Below are positions 38,341 through 51,197 of a DNA stretch of 64,000 nt, one piece after another. How positions within the stretch are numbered: the stretch's first letter is position 1; the number at the start of each line of letters is the position of its first letter. The stretch is taken from the NCBI GenBank assembly GCA_028023455.1, contig JAQFVV010000001.1, forward strand, positions 16,492,001 through 16,556,000, given 5' to 3'. Position numbers and translations under genes: made by a program. This stretch comes from Epiperipatus broadwayi (Eukaryota; Animalia; Onychophora). Below the pieces are notes generated by a model. That model worked only from the letters and a program-made list of their open reading frames with translations. It was not told where the DNA came from and ran no database searches.

Positions 38341-38697
38341 ATCAGCTGCGAAGTGCCAATGACAAAGCTACCCAAATCAAAGCCATTACATCACAATCTT
38401 ATTGTTAACCTTCGCATTTAAGTAAAATAAAAGCTTGGTTCAACCACTAGTTTGTATTAATTTACTGATTTAGTTCATATTTAATCTAATAAATTTATTA
38501 TTTCATAAGCCTGATGAAAACTGCTTATAAAAACAAGGATTAAACAAAAAAAAAATAGTTGTCATATAATTATTATTTATATATACAACCAATATTATGA
38601 TGTTTTCTTTTAGAAACAATCACAAATATAGCACACATAGAGTTTCATATTAAACTACTAAACATCACATGATCATGATTCTTTATGCTTACCCAAG

Positions 38698-38765
38698 AGG
38701 CAAAACTCTCCATTGATTGCTCTGCCTTGCACCAAGTGGTGCTATTGGAAGGAGAGTTTTGCATC
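38698..38765 (+). repeat. Family R mini-copy: 3' end preceded by an inverted copy of its own terminus
   Basis: 38709-38765 aligns to the minus strand of 6231-6288 (CCATTGATT..T.GCTTGC...GGAGAGTTTTGC). It is preceded by the inverted GAGGCAAAACTCTCC. Confidence 0.65.
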
Positions 38766-40479
38766 CGAGTTTCATATTACATGGACTTGTAAATCTTTAA
38801 TACTAACAAAATCATTTGAAAGTTGTTGTTTATAATGGATACAAATTCATGGTTAATAATCTATCTAAAAAGCATTAGGGTTTTATGTTTCAATGGAAAT
38901 TGCAATGAAATGAATGTAGAATATTTAATATGTAAATAAAGGCTTTGTTATTCTCATGAAGATACTGAATTCCAGAGTGGAAGTTACCAAAACAAATGGT
39001 TTATAAAATTATTCTGCATTTACAAAAAAAATCATGTAACAAAAAAATTACTACATATTACTGGAGAAACCTGGAGTAGTTTCTCAAAACAGCTGCATGT
39101 ATTTCTAATTAAATGTTTACTAGTATGAAATATTTTTGAAAATATTTCTGTCTATCAAAGCATGAAAATTATCAAAATAATTTATATAGGCAGAAAACAC
39201 ATCTTTTTGAAGATATGGCAAGAAGATTCTTTAAAATCAAAAAATGATTAATAAGCATTTCCATACATCATAGAAATCAAGATGAATTAATTTAAATCCA
39301 ATTGTCTAAGAGAATATATAAATGTTTATCATTATAACATTACTCACTATCTCCCTTTAAAAGTATAGCATTTACTATATCCAGATCATTTTTACTGATA
39401 TCTCATAGTCTATAGTAAATAATATAGTTATTTATTTTTATTAAGTTGATAAGTTAAAGATATACATTTTATTTTAACATGTGTGAATAATAGATTTATC
39501 AAAGAATTGTGAAAGTGATATAAATTTAACTTCTAGTAAAAAGTTTTTAAACTATTTTCTTTTATACAGTTTTTTTTTTTTTAATTTTTGATTGACTTTT
39601 TTTTTTTTTAATAAATTACTAATCTAAATGGAATGTTTCTTTTTCTTCTGAACTATTATCAGAAAACTGATTTAACTCCTACAAAAAAAGCATGGGTTCA
39701 ATATTCTAATGATTATGGAAGACATTTCATCTCTTATCAAGTGAAACGTCATAAATAACATGGTGACTTTTTCTTTGCTAAAAAAAAATAATAAAAGTAT
39801 TCCATAGAAATTAACATTTTTCAAAATTAAAATATTTTTTTATTTCAGTTATTTACTTAATTAAATCATTAAATACTAATATCTACATAGTTTTATGCAA
39901 CCAGATACTAGAGCTCAAAGTCTTAGTTCTGTAACTCTCAGTGCTCAATCTTACCATGAACTCCTGAGAAATAAACAAATTTATTATGTATTTATTAAAT
40001 ATTAATTGAGATAATTTGGTTTTCATTTAACTGTTATGATTTATCTGATAACTGCTAAATTTTTCACAAAAGTAGTTTTTATATTTGTTATAAAATTTAG
40101 ATAGAATAACAAAATTATTATTTAATTAAATATTTTTTTCAAACTATTGGCAACAATAAAAAAAATTCTAAGCTTGCATAAAAATCCCCAGATAACTGAA
40201 AATATTTCCAAGTACAACTAGATTTGAATTTTAAGTCATATAAATGATAAGTTGATATTTTAGTCATTATACCAGACTTTTAGTTAATGATTACATGAAG
40301 AATAATGAAACAATTTCTTATTCATTATTTGATTGTAATGTTCAGTTGTCAAGAGACTTATTATTATTTTTTTTAGAGTTAACAGATCTTATTTGTAATA
40401 TACAGATGTGTAAATGAGTTTTGTATACAAATTATTATAAATACATGTACATGTATACTTGCATACATATAAAATTTAC

Positions 40480-40623
40480 CTAGAAGTATTCCAAGTGTAA
40501 AGAAGACATATTCTAAATGGTTTATGAAAGATGTCAGCAATAATCCTAATGATACAACTACACCACCCAAAAGGACCACAAACCTGCATGATGTTTTAAC
40601 AAGAAGAAATCCAATTAGAGGAC
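40480..40623 (-). CDS. SLC16/MCT-family MFS transporter, 144-nt exon (TM3-TM4); upstream exon not found
   Basis: Acceptor ttttaag, donor gtaaat, phase 1 to phase 1. Reads (G)PLIGFLLVKTSCRFVVLLGGVVVSLGLLLTSFINHLEYVFFTLGILL(G), matching the GP..G exon of SLC16 genes. It splices in frame to 20515. Confidence 0.9.
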
Positions 40624-41046
40624 CTTAAAAATATTTTAAGAATGTATTTTTAAAAAATGCAATATAGAAGTCAATAATTAGTAATATATTTTAATAAAAC
40701 AATTAAATATGTGTTAAAATGTGTTGTAGCTCTTTTTATTATTGTATAATTTTGTTCTAAAAAAATAAAACAACACAATAAACTTAAGACTTACTGAGGT
40801 AAGATAATGTGATTGTTGACTATAAGGTTGGAAAAACAATGCAAGTTACCATTGTTGAAGAAGTATTATTTATGTTAAAGGTTCTTTAAAGTTTGTAATG
40901 TGAATATTGAAATACTAGAATTGTTTTAACATAGTGCTAAAGCACCAATTGTGATCAAATTTTATATTCTATAGCTTAGTTACTACAACTATTTTTAAGG
41001 TAAATAATTTAAAATGCATAGATATATTGCTAATTGTAGTATTCTT

Positions 41047-44000
41047 CCCTCTCTTTCAAGATAATTTTATTTGACCTATAAGTGATTACAAAAAAATAAA
41101 AAGATAACAAGAATTAACTAGACGAGGTTACAGGGTGATATATACAAAGAAGAAATGATCTAAAAGTCAGTAGAATACAAAATGAGTGTTAGTGAAGAAC
41201 AGTCTGTGGATGCAAGGTGAATATTATTCATCTAGACTATAATGAAATACCTTTGTTAGTAAACCCTGTTTTGGCAAGTTATGGTTGGAGGGTTTTATTA
41301 AATCATAATATTTATTTTCATATAAATTATTTAGGGGTTGGTTGGAGAAGTGCTGTTTAGGCCAGTTGTGAATTCCCAGGTTAATATGGCCAGGTATGTA
41401 TCAGCCTCTCTCTTGTCTGTTTCTTGGATATTTTAAACTATGTTGAGGAAACAGTTATTGATTTCATCAAGTGGTAATTTTTGAAAAATCACCTTGCATC
41501 TGGTCAACCAGATGGCAAAGTTTATGTAAGTGGCAAGCCTGATTTCAGCAAAAATGCCCCTATTTAAAGCCCCTTGAAGAGATGTTAGGTCAGGACCATT
41601 ATTATTACTGTGTTTCTGGAAGTTTTGTCTTAGTCCTTGCCAGACTGGACAAAGGTGAAGGATATGGTCCATATCTTCCAGGTGGAAAGACAGAGACAAC
41701 ATATAGGAACTATGCGGAAGTCTCTTCTATTAAGAAATATAGCAGTGGAGAAGCTACCAAGGTTAATTTTGAGAAGGAAGACTGTGTATTTAGGTGCTAG
41801 TTTCAATCTACGGGCTAGTTTGCACAGTTTGTTTATGTCGATGGGGAGGTAAATGTGTGCCTTCTGGGTATTTGAGTTGGATATGTTGAAGGCTTCCCAA
41901 TAGGTTATTTTTGAATTGAACATGGTCACAAAAGGTACTATGTGCACAAAAATGTATGAGATCTGTGTTTAAAGCCAGATGGGAGTGAACTTCTGAGGGG
42001 GCAGTCTATCAGTGGGAAGCACTTTCTCTTTGGGAAGAAGACATTGGAAGGTCCTGCAATCAGAATAAAGTTTATGGATATATTGTAAGTTCTCTGTATT
42101 GCAAATACTTTTATTGAATGCAGTCCCAGTCCATTCATGTCTCTTGGCTTTTGAAGGGTGTGCAGACTGATAAATGATCTGTGCCCACCTCTACAGAGTC
42201 ACAGACAGTGGGATTCTACTTTTTTAATGAAAGCTTCTGTTGGTTTAAAACCCGCAAGATAATATATAATCTTGGGAAGTATGAGGGAGTTTAAGAGTGA
42301 AACCTTTTTAAATGTGGTTATGTATATTCTTGAAAGACATGTTATGGTGATGTCTATTTTGTTTAGTAGTCTTCATTGTATTTCCATCCTCATTGCTGTA
42401 GGGGATAGTGACATACTGAATCCCAAGAAAGACTGAGGCATAGCTTGTAATGAGCCTGTTATCCTGTTGGCTGTTTTGATTTTCCAAATTGCCGATTTGT
42501 TCCTGTTAACCATAAGCCCATGCGTCTGAGCATAGTGCTGTAATAGGCTTTCAAGAATGTTTATTTCTTCATGTGATTTAAGAAACACCACCACATCATC
42601 CATGTAGGAGATGTGGGAGATGTTTTCATTAAGAAGAGGGATTGAGATCCCAGGGACTGCATCCTCAATGCTCAAAAGCAAGGGATTTATATAGATCATG
42701 AAGAGGAGAGTGCTTAATGGGGAGCCCTGGGGAATGGAGATGCAGGGTTTGAACCCAGGGGCAATTCCCCCATTTAGAGAAAAAAATCTCTCAATTTGCT
42801 AGGAGATTCTCTATGATCTGAATGCATGCCAAAGGAACCTGAAGGACCTCTAGTTCACCAAGTAGTACATCTATTCGGACAGAGTCAAAAGCCCTGGTGA
42901 AGTCTAGTTGGACTGCGACCGGCCAGGATTGTTTTGTTCTATGGATATGATCAACAAGGAGTCGAAATTGGCTGACAGCATCACCAGTCGATGAACCCCT
43001 TTTAGATGTTGATGCCTGGAAAGTTTTGATATGATTTTCTCTTGAATTTTATCTTTTATAATGATTTTGATATTTTGATTAGGAGAGGAACTATGGATAT
43101 TGGCCTAATGTTATTTAAGTCTACAGGTAGATCTTTCTTTTTTATGAAAGGGACCACTGATATAGGATAGATCCCTGGAAAATGTAGGCTATCGGTGGCT
43201 AAGAGATCAATGATTCCCCTTGTAACATGTATGGTAAATTTTTCCAAGTGTATCAGAAGGCAGGCTTTTAATTTTGGAGATGATATCAGCTTCAGTAATG
43301 CTGTGAGAGTTATTTGAATCTTTCACAAATTTGTGTCGTCTGGTAACAGTTCCAATGGGCTGTAGTTTGGTGGAATAATAATCCCTAATTTTGTTAAGCA
43401 TACTGATGCCAAAGTAAGTAATACCATCAAGGCACAAAGAGGAGGGCGTGTGATTTCTTTTTCCTGACCCCAGGGCCCATCTGATATAGCCTGGAGTCCA
43501 GCAATCTTGTTCCAGATAATTGTGTGCTCACTTAATACGAATATATTTCATAAGAGTCATTCTGGTTTGTTTATATGTATGTTTTAGGCGTAGGATTCCT
43601 GGGATGTTGTGTTCTGTAACTTGGATGCTTTTCAGCTCAGATGTAATCTGATCAAGTTCTGAGAGTAATCGTAATGGCCCTTTCTGGTATCTATTATATT
43701 GGTTAATAAACTTTTGTATTGTGGTTATGAATGTATTCCATCCTTGTAATGCTTGTAGATTCCATATCTTCTGTTCTTGAAAGGTGATGTATATGTCTGA
43801 GATTAATTGGGAGGGCACATTGTGCCTGTTGAGTAATCTCATCATCCAGGGGAGGTTGGTTGATGTATAAAGTTGTGGTTGCAATTTGATGGTAGCTTGA
43901 ATAGTGAGATGATCTAAAAAGGCAATAGGCCAGAGCTGTGTATCTATGAATGAGTTCATTTCATGAGAGTAGAATATGAGGTCTATGAGTGAGTGAGTAC

Positions 44001-46977
44001 TTCTGGTATAGAAAGAGAAGGCTCCTTCATGAAAGAGTGCCTTCCCACTGTGCATGTTTCTAGTAACCATCTTTAAATATTTTTTCTCAAAATGGTCAAA
44101 AGTGTGGTTAAAATCACCAAGCCAGATAACTGGACTGGGGTTCAATCTAATTGCTATGTTTATATTATGTATAACTTTGTGTACTATTTGTTCATCTTTA
44201 ACCAGATACACATTGATAAGAGTGAACAGAAAACCCCAGATTTGTATAGTAGCAATAATGCAATTGGTATTTACGTGGAGGATTTTGAAGAAGTCAATAA
44301 CTGAGTTTCTATTAATGATAAGAGCAACTCCAGCGGTAGCTGAGATGGAGAAAGAGTATATAAAGTAACCAAAGCTCTCAATTGTTTTTATTATCATGGG
44401 GTCTGTGTGAAGGTGGAGCTTGGTTTCTGATAAGCAAAGTATATCTGGTTTTTGGAGTCTGAACCAATGTGAGATAGCAAATGCCCTGTCTTTGGAGTTA
44501 AGTCCCCTGATGTTGAGTAATGTTATTGTGAATGACATTTAGAAGTAGGTTGCTTTGTTTCTTGTTCATTAGCTAGAAGACTTGCAGTGAGCTGGTTGTC
44601 TTTTTGCATTAGGCAGACTTCAGGATCAGTTGATGGGATCCATAATGTTAAATCTTGCAGGGCTATTTGCCCAGAGGTATTAGCTTCAGGTTGGGTATTT
44701 AGCTTCAGGTTGGGTTTAATATGAGTTAGATGTATTGTCATTATCTGATTTTAGGGATTCATCTTTCCATTTTTTATGGTTGGGTCTGGTATTGCAATGT
44801 ATGTCATAGGTGGTTTCATTTGAATCAATATTTCTACTATTGTTATTGTTGTGAACCAAGGTGGTGGATTGTGTGTTTCTGTTCTGGCACTTTTTCCTTT
44901 TGCATGGTGTGGTGAAGGGTTTAGGGACATGGTCAGGCCCAGACTCTGTGAGGCTTGCAGTTTCTTCTTGCCTAGTTTCAGCATCCATTTCTTCTTGCTC
45001 AAAGTCAGAACAAGTATCTGTTGAAGAGAAGTAAGTTTTGCTTGTCTTGTTTTGACGTGTTTGGTGGCATCTGAGTGGGTTGGTTTCTTGGCATTGGTTT
45101 TGATCTTTTATGTTGTTTTGATGAGAATCGTTTGTCGAATGATCATATGTTTTCAGCTTGATCAAAGTGTCATGCTCTAATTTTATATCTCGATTATGTT
45201 CTATTTTGGGTTTTGTTTGTTGCATGTTTTGCTGTTCTTGTATATGCTCTTCTTTTGAACCACACTGATGTAACCTACCCGCAAAGATACCCCAAGAGGT
45301 GCAGTGTCTGGAGGGGCAGTTGCGCAGCAGGTGTCCCATCTTCCTGCATTCAAAACATTGTGATTCTACTCCCCAGAATGAGATGAAAAGAGGCATTCTT
45401 CCAATACAGATTGTGGGGGGATATCTAATGGCACTATTCCTTTTTTTAATGTAATTCGAAAGAGTGCTATGTTTTGCAGAACTTCTTGTATTCCAGGGAC
45501 CCTAAGATATTTAAAAGTGATTTGCCCATAAGGCATTAGAAGGTTTTGTAAGTCAGAAATGTTGAATCCCAGACCACAATTTTTTACCCTGCCACTTATT
45601 GAAGTGTCATGGACTATGTTTGGATTGATGGTAATTAGGTATCTGTTATCAAGTATCCTATATTTATTTTTAAAAGGTTGTTTTGCCATGATGTTTGTAA
45701 ATTGGAGGATTAGATAGCGAGGGTTGGGGTGATATAATAACCTTTGAATAACTTTCCAGATATCTTGGGCTTTTAGCAGGTCAAAGAGTTTACTGGTTGG
45801 AAATGGGAATAATCTTAGTAAGTGGTCTGTAGTGGACAGAATGAGAGATGCTTCATCATTGAAGATAGCAAAAGATTTTAGTAATCCTTGTGGCATGGCT
45901 CATTGAATTTGGTAACTGTTTCAGTATAAAGCTGATGATTATTGAGTTGGTCATGAGAACTGTTTGATGGTTCATGTATAAACATTCCTGTGAGTGTTGG
46001 CTGTCATATTATCTTTTTGTGTATAATCTGGTTTAATTATATATCTTTGTGATTGCCTAAATTGTTCATTTGTTGTTTTATTGGAATCATGATTATCGTC
46101 TTGATGTTTGAAATATCCATTGTTTTGCTTTATTTCAGAGGAAGAGCTGATGTCTGTAGACTCTTCACTACTAGTGTGATCTGGACTTTTTGTTTTGTTT
46201 TCAGGCGCAAGCGTTGATGTGAAACTGGATTCACAATTTTTTCCCTTGTTTGCTGAAAGATTATTTTGCTTGATGGAACTCTTCATGGTATTGTATTCTA
46301 TAACATTTGCATGATTGACATTAACTGATCGCGTTGTTCTAATTTGAATTGCTTTTTGCGTATTTTCGCGGCTGCAGATTTTAGGTTTGGCTAAAGATTT
46401 TTTATGTTTTTCATTTAGAGATGATTTAACTATGTGGTGAGGAGTTAATTATCCATCAGAAGGGTCTTGTAAAGGGCTTCCTTCTGTTTTAAGTGTTTTC
46501 TCTTTGGTATGAAGAAACTTATCCTTGTCATCTTCCCTTCATGTTTGTTTGCCAAGTTTTAAAGTTTTATCGTTCCATGCGCTGGTGTTTATTTTAGAAA
46601 CACAGCATTTTGCTTTTGATAAATTATCTGATTTGTTTTGTTATTGGGAAATTTATATGTCTATATATTTTTTCCCCTGACTATCCACTATAGATTTTTG
46701 AAGTAATTCACCCCCCTTTTCCATGTTAGTTGTTAAAGGCTTGGAGCCTTGTAGGCCAGCCATGAACGTTAGGAGATGACGTTATTCAACTCAATCAAGA
46801 TGGGATGTAAATTTTTTAAAAAACAAATGTAAAAGTGCAAATTAATAAAATTAGTACTTACAGTCTGTTTAAAAGCATTTTGAGGTGCAATCCTAGGTTA
46901 AAAGTGAATATTTTTTTGTCTCAAAGATAATATGATTTGAACAATGACTGGTCCATTGCGCTGCTAGAGGTCAGAGG
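41047..46977 (-). mobile_element. L1/Tx1-like non-LTR retrotransposon A, full length (5931 bp), ORFs disrupted, 15-bp TSD
   Basis: TSD AATTGTAGTATTCTT at 41032-41046 and 46978-46992. ORF1 fragments include CFECRKMGHLLRNC. The ORF2 APE region gives NIRGLN, LSETK, LGDFNH, IDLIF and FLDH. The RT gives IRPISIV, VQLDFTRAFDSV, QGSPLS and YMDD. A C-terminal Zn-finger remnant is present. There are multiple stops and frameshifts. Confidence 0.95.
43528..44538 (-). pseudogene. Element A ORF2 N-terminus (AP endonuclease), continuing as broken frames to about 41370
   Basis: MSFTITLLNIRGLNSKDR...DILCLSETK...WLGDFNH...; homologous to the N-terminus of element B ORF2. Confidence 0.9.
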
Positions 46978-48681
46978 AATTGTAGTATTCTTTTTTTAAA
47001 AAAAGTAAAATGTTTTTGACTCATTTTTTTTTAGATGATCATTTATTTTTGAATTGTTTAGAATGTATTTACTTACCATCATAATGTAATATATATTAAG
47101 GCTATAACCTTAAGACAATGCACCTGAAAAAATGACAAAGGACCTCTGCAAATCTTTAACACAATATAACATTGTTTAAATGTTATTTTCCATTTAGTTG
47201 CTTACATATTGTTTAATTAATATTATTATTTGCATATTAAAATAGTTTTTGTTTAATAATAGACAAAAGTCATTATCAGACAGGAGTATATGGGTGTGCA
47301 TAATAATTTAGGTTTTACTTCTAAATGACATATTAGTAAAATATATTTAATAGTTATGTGAAAAGTGATTTTTAACCCTGTGGAAGTTGAATGTATTCAT
47401 TATTAGTGTATAATGAAATGCAAATAAAAATATGTAAAAATACTGATTTTTGTTTTGTTTTTAATATCAATCTATTAATGATTAAACCAATAAAAACATA
47501 ATGACTGCAATAAAAAAAGTACTGCAGTGATAGTAGGATGTATCAAAAGATATATTTATAACTAATGTGTGCTAAAATGTAAAAAAATAAAAACATTTTA
47601 AATATTTATATAATGTGATAAATGATTTATTTATTTTCAGTTACAACCTAGAAATTATTTTTACAACTATACCAGCAATGACAATGAAATTTTCAGTATT
47701 TATGAGATACAATGTACTATCAAAAGTTACACAACTTTACAAAACATGTTATAACCAAACTGATGAATTAAATGCTATGGTTTACCATGAATCATAAACA
47801 TAAGCATAATTAGTTATGACTTTGTAACTATGCAACTGATATATGTGACAATATTTAAGAAAAGAGTTTGCTGGAATCTCTCAGGTTCAGCTGTGACCTC
47901 CACAAGGTTAAGAATATAATTAAATGGCTGATAGTATAGTCATTCTTATAATTAAATGGCTGATAGTATAGTCTACTAGTTGGTAGCATAAAACTTATCA
48001 ATGAAAAAAATAATATTGGATAAAAAATAGTAAATGTCTGCATTTTATTCCTAAATTTATAGCTACAAGATACTATACTATATAGCTTCATAACATGTGC
48101 ATAAAGCACAATCATAGAGTTAAATAAAATTATGGAAATAATATATTTTGCAATACAAGTAGTTTATTTGTCTAAACAATATTAATTATTTAACAAAAAA
48201 GTACCCCAATGACAAGTAAAACATACACAAAAATGCAAACTCATAAAAGATATCCACATTTTTTTGAATTTATGACCAAAAGTGTATATGAAATGAAATT
48301 TAATATATATATATTGAAGCAGTCAGATCTGAGTTCGACTAGCTTCATGACATCTAGCCATAAGCCCACTTCAAATCCTAGTACTAACCTTAAATTTCCA
48401 ATGCAATGGGGCTTTATACGTTCAATCCACGCTAATTTCCATAAAGAAAAACTATTACATAAATGTGTGTTAAAATTAATTCATTTGAGTTTAAATTAAT
48501 CAATGCTATTAATAAATTCATGATAAAATTATTCATGAATTTATATATATTACAACTGCGAGGATTGTGCATATATATTTATAAATATTTACATATATAT
48601 AATTGTTCGAAAGTTTCATTGCGTCGGGAATGTTTATTTTACTTTTAAATAATTTGTTAAATTTTTAGTGATTAAAAGCTA

Positions 48682-48859
48682 CATTCTTTCGATAAGCTTT
48701 CAGATTTTCCCTTTCCAAAACAATAGTTAAAGTTTTATTAATTAAAAAAAAAAAGATAAAGTATTTAAAATGTAAGGATTTCCTAATTAAAATCATTTTT
48801 CTGATTTTAAGAATTCATTTTCTAAAGTTAATGAGTTTGAAAGCCTTATCGAAGGAATG
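48682..48859. mobile_element. Small TA-flanked MITE (178 bp)
   Basis: TA-CATTCTTTCGATAAGCTTTCA ... TGAAAGCCTTATCGAAGGAATG-TA. Confidence 0.7.
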
Positions 48860-50110
48860 TATCTAAAAACAATTAGTAAATTTTGTAACATTGATAATGA
48901 AATAAGCGCTAGCCTGAAGGCATCAGATACAGTATAAATAGTTCTGAAAAGTTTGGAGAAAGGAGAAGCCATCTTTGTTGTAGAGAAGTGTGGTTAAATT
49001 CTGTGCATTTTAAAATCATGAATTCAAATAGTGTTCCTATCATGGTGAAGGGCTAAAGCATTAGGAATCTGGCTACAGTTCCTGAAGTTCCCTGAAAATC
49101 TTCAATGAAGCTGCTAAATCCTTTCCAGACCAATCATGCTGCTAAAATCATGGAAATCCATTAAAATACTGTTCAAGTAATCGACCAAATGCATGATACG
49201 TTTTACCAACCCGGACATGTAAACTAAGGAACCAGCCCCGGAAGAAGTGGTAATATTTTTCCATAATGAACCGTAACTTTCTGGCCAGTTTCAAACTTTA
49301 CTTTACACTCCCTTTAAGAGCTCTTTTCATTTTTTAATGTAAATCTGTACAAAACTTTCTTTTATTTATGCTTTTTATATTCATAGTAATTCTCTCAATC
49401 TCTAGTCCTTAAATTTAACTTTCCTTTCTTATGGTGGTGGTTCATTTATTATATTATATATATTTATTGTGTGATTTATTAATGTTGTTTATTTTTAATT
49501 ATATGCCAATAATCTTTTGACTCGATGAGCTCCTTTGTCCATTTGCTTTGTGCAAATAATATAATATTAATTCTGATAGTAATTCTCGCCCATTAGAACT
49601 AGGTTTATACAATTCTATTAATCATCAAGTCGAAAGAAATTATTAAATGTTTGTTATTTTTATAATTGGCTAATAATAAATTATTAGCTCTGTTTCTAAT
49701 CTATGCCCCAGCTATTTTTTCATTTCACCAATATTTATTTACTCATATATAATGTTAAAATATTTTGCTTTTATTTTCTTGTTGGAGGCATAGACAGATA
49801 GAGTTCCATAATATTGCATAATACTTGGCATATAATAGGAACTGCCATTCTTATTATAATTATAGACTCTGTTTAAGGCTAGAGATGATCAATATAATCA
49901 TCATTTAAAATTGAACAAAACCATTACTATTATTATTAAAATATTTATAAACATATTGGTTTCTAAATTCTTTTATTTAATAATTATTTAATGTTAAGGC
50001 TCGCTGTCTGTGTTGGCAACCTAAACATATACATAGGACTCGATTTAAAATTATCTTTAGTCAGTTTATTATCCAATATTAATGTCAGTTCAGGGGTCTC
50101 TAATCCTCAC

Positions 50111-50258
50111 CAACTGTTGAGCTAGTTTCTTGACGCATAGCACTGTGCCATCGACTTAGGTCATCCATTGATCTGAACTGGTGAGTTGGGTTTGAATTCA
50201 GTTTAGAACCGACTGAGTTTGAATCCGACTTGCAGTTTAGGTGGTGGACGTTTTTCGA
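50111..50258 (-). other. Possible 148-nt exon of unknown identity (CpG-rich)
   Basis: Flanked by ccag and gtgag, open in phase 0 to phase 1: SKNVHHLNCKSDSNSVGSKLNSNPTHQFRSMDDLSRWHSAMRQETSSTV(G). No recognisable homology. Confidence 0.3.
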
Positions 50259-51029
50259 CTGGTACAATATATATATATATATTATAATAAATAAAAAAAG
50301 CAAGTAATTCATGAAATAAAAAAGTAGATTGTGGTGAGATAGATGTTTTAAATGCAAGCAAAAAGGAGCTCATCAAATGCATGTGAATGATAAAAAACAA
50401 GACCACAAGAAATAAAATCCAAAAGTAAAACCATTCATAGCAGCAAGCCTAACAAGTAATAGTAAATACAAAATGTATGTTAAATTAAATAAAGCATAAG
50501 TAGTCGTACAATAGGGTATTAATGAAAGGTAAATGTTACAACATTCAAAAACAAAACAAGTTACGACTATAAAAAAAATTTATTGAATGTTAAGTACTTT
50601 CGATACAACCAGGTATCATAATCATAGCAGAATAAGGAAAATGAGGAAGTGATTCATAGGTAATGTCATATTAAATAAAAGAAAAGAAAATGTTCAACAT
50701 AGGTGATCTACATGATAAGCAAAAGCATACATGATAAATCAAATCTAAATGTGAAGCCAAATATAGATCAATAGCAAATGAAATTCCCAAAATAAAGCAG
50801 GACTTCCAAATAATAACATGAAACTGAATTATGTTTTAGCAAGAAAAAAAAATCACTGAAATTGAATTTAACACTGTAAAATAGGAGTACAATCTCTTCC
50901 AATGTAAGATCCACATTGTACATTTTATTTGTCATTGACATGTTTTATTAAATAATATTGTTTCAGTAAATAAATTATTAGTAGTATTGCAAAGTGTATT
51001 TTTTTCTTGATTTTATTTAATACACTGTT

Positions 51030-51197
51030 AATAACATGAAAAGCTAAAACCTTCGACAAATGCGCTTTAAAAATGCTTATGTGACAGCCAATCAGATGTA
51101 ATAATGACTGCATGTGCAGTCATTATTACATCTGATTGGCTGTCACATAAGCATTTTTAAAGTGCATTTGTCAAAAGTTTTAGCCTTTCATGTTATT
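51030..51197. repeat. Near-perfect palindrome (83-bp arms, 2-nt loop), MITE-like
   Basis: Centre ATGACTGCA-TG-TGCAGTCAT. The arms differ at 4 positions, all transitions. GCCAATCAG is present in each arm. Confidence 0.95.

Noticed and set aside
39955-39963. 9-nt candidate microexon (ttctcag/GAGTTCATG/gtaaga, minus strand)
   Set aside because: It would insert three residues into MCT TM4, has no supporting homology, and such a match can arise by chance in a window this size. It needs junction reads.
50203-50260. KRPPPKLQVG resembling an NDUFA7 segment
   Set aside because: The frame stops a few codons later and the rest does not match. Judged coincidental.
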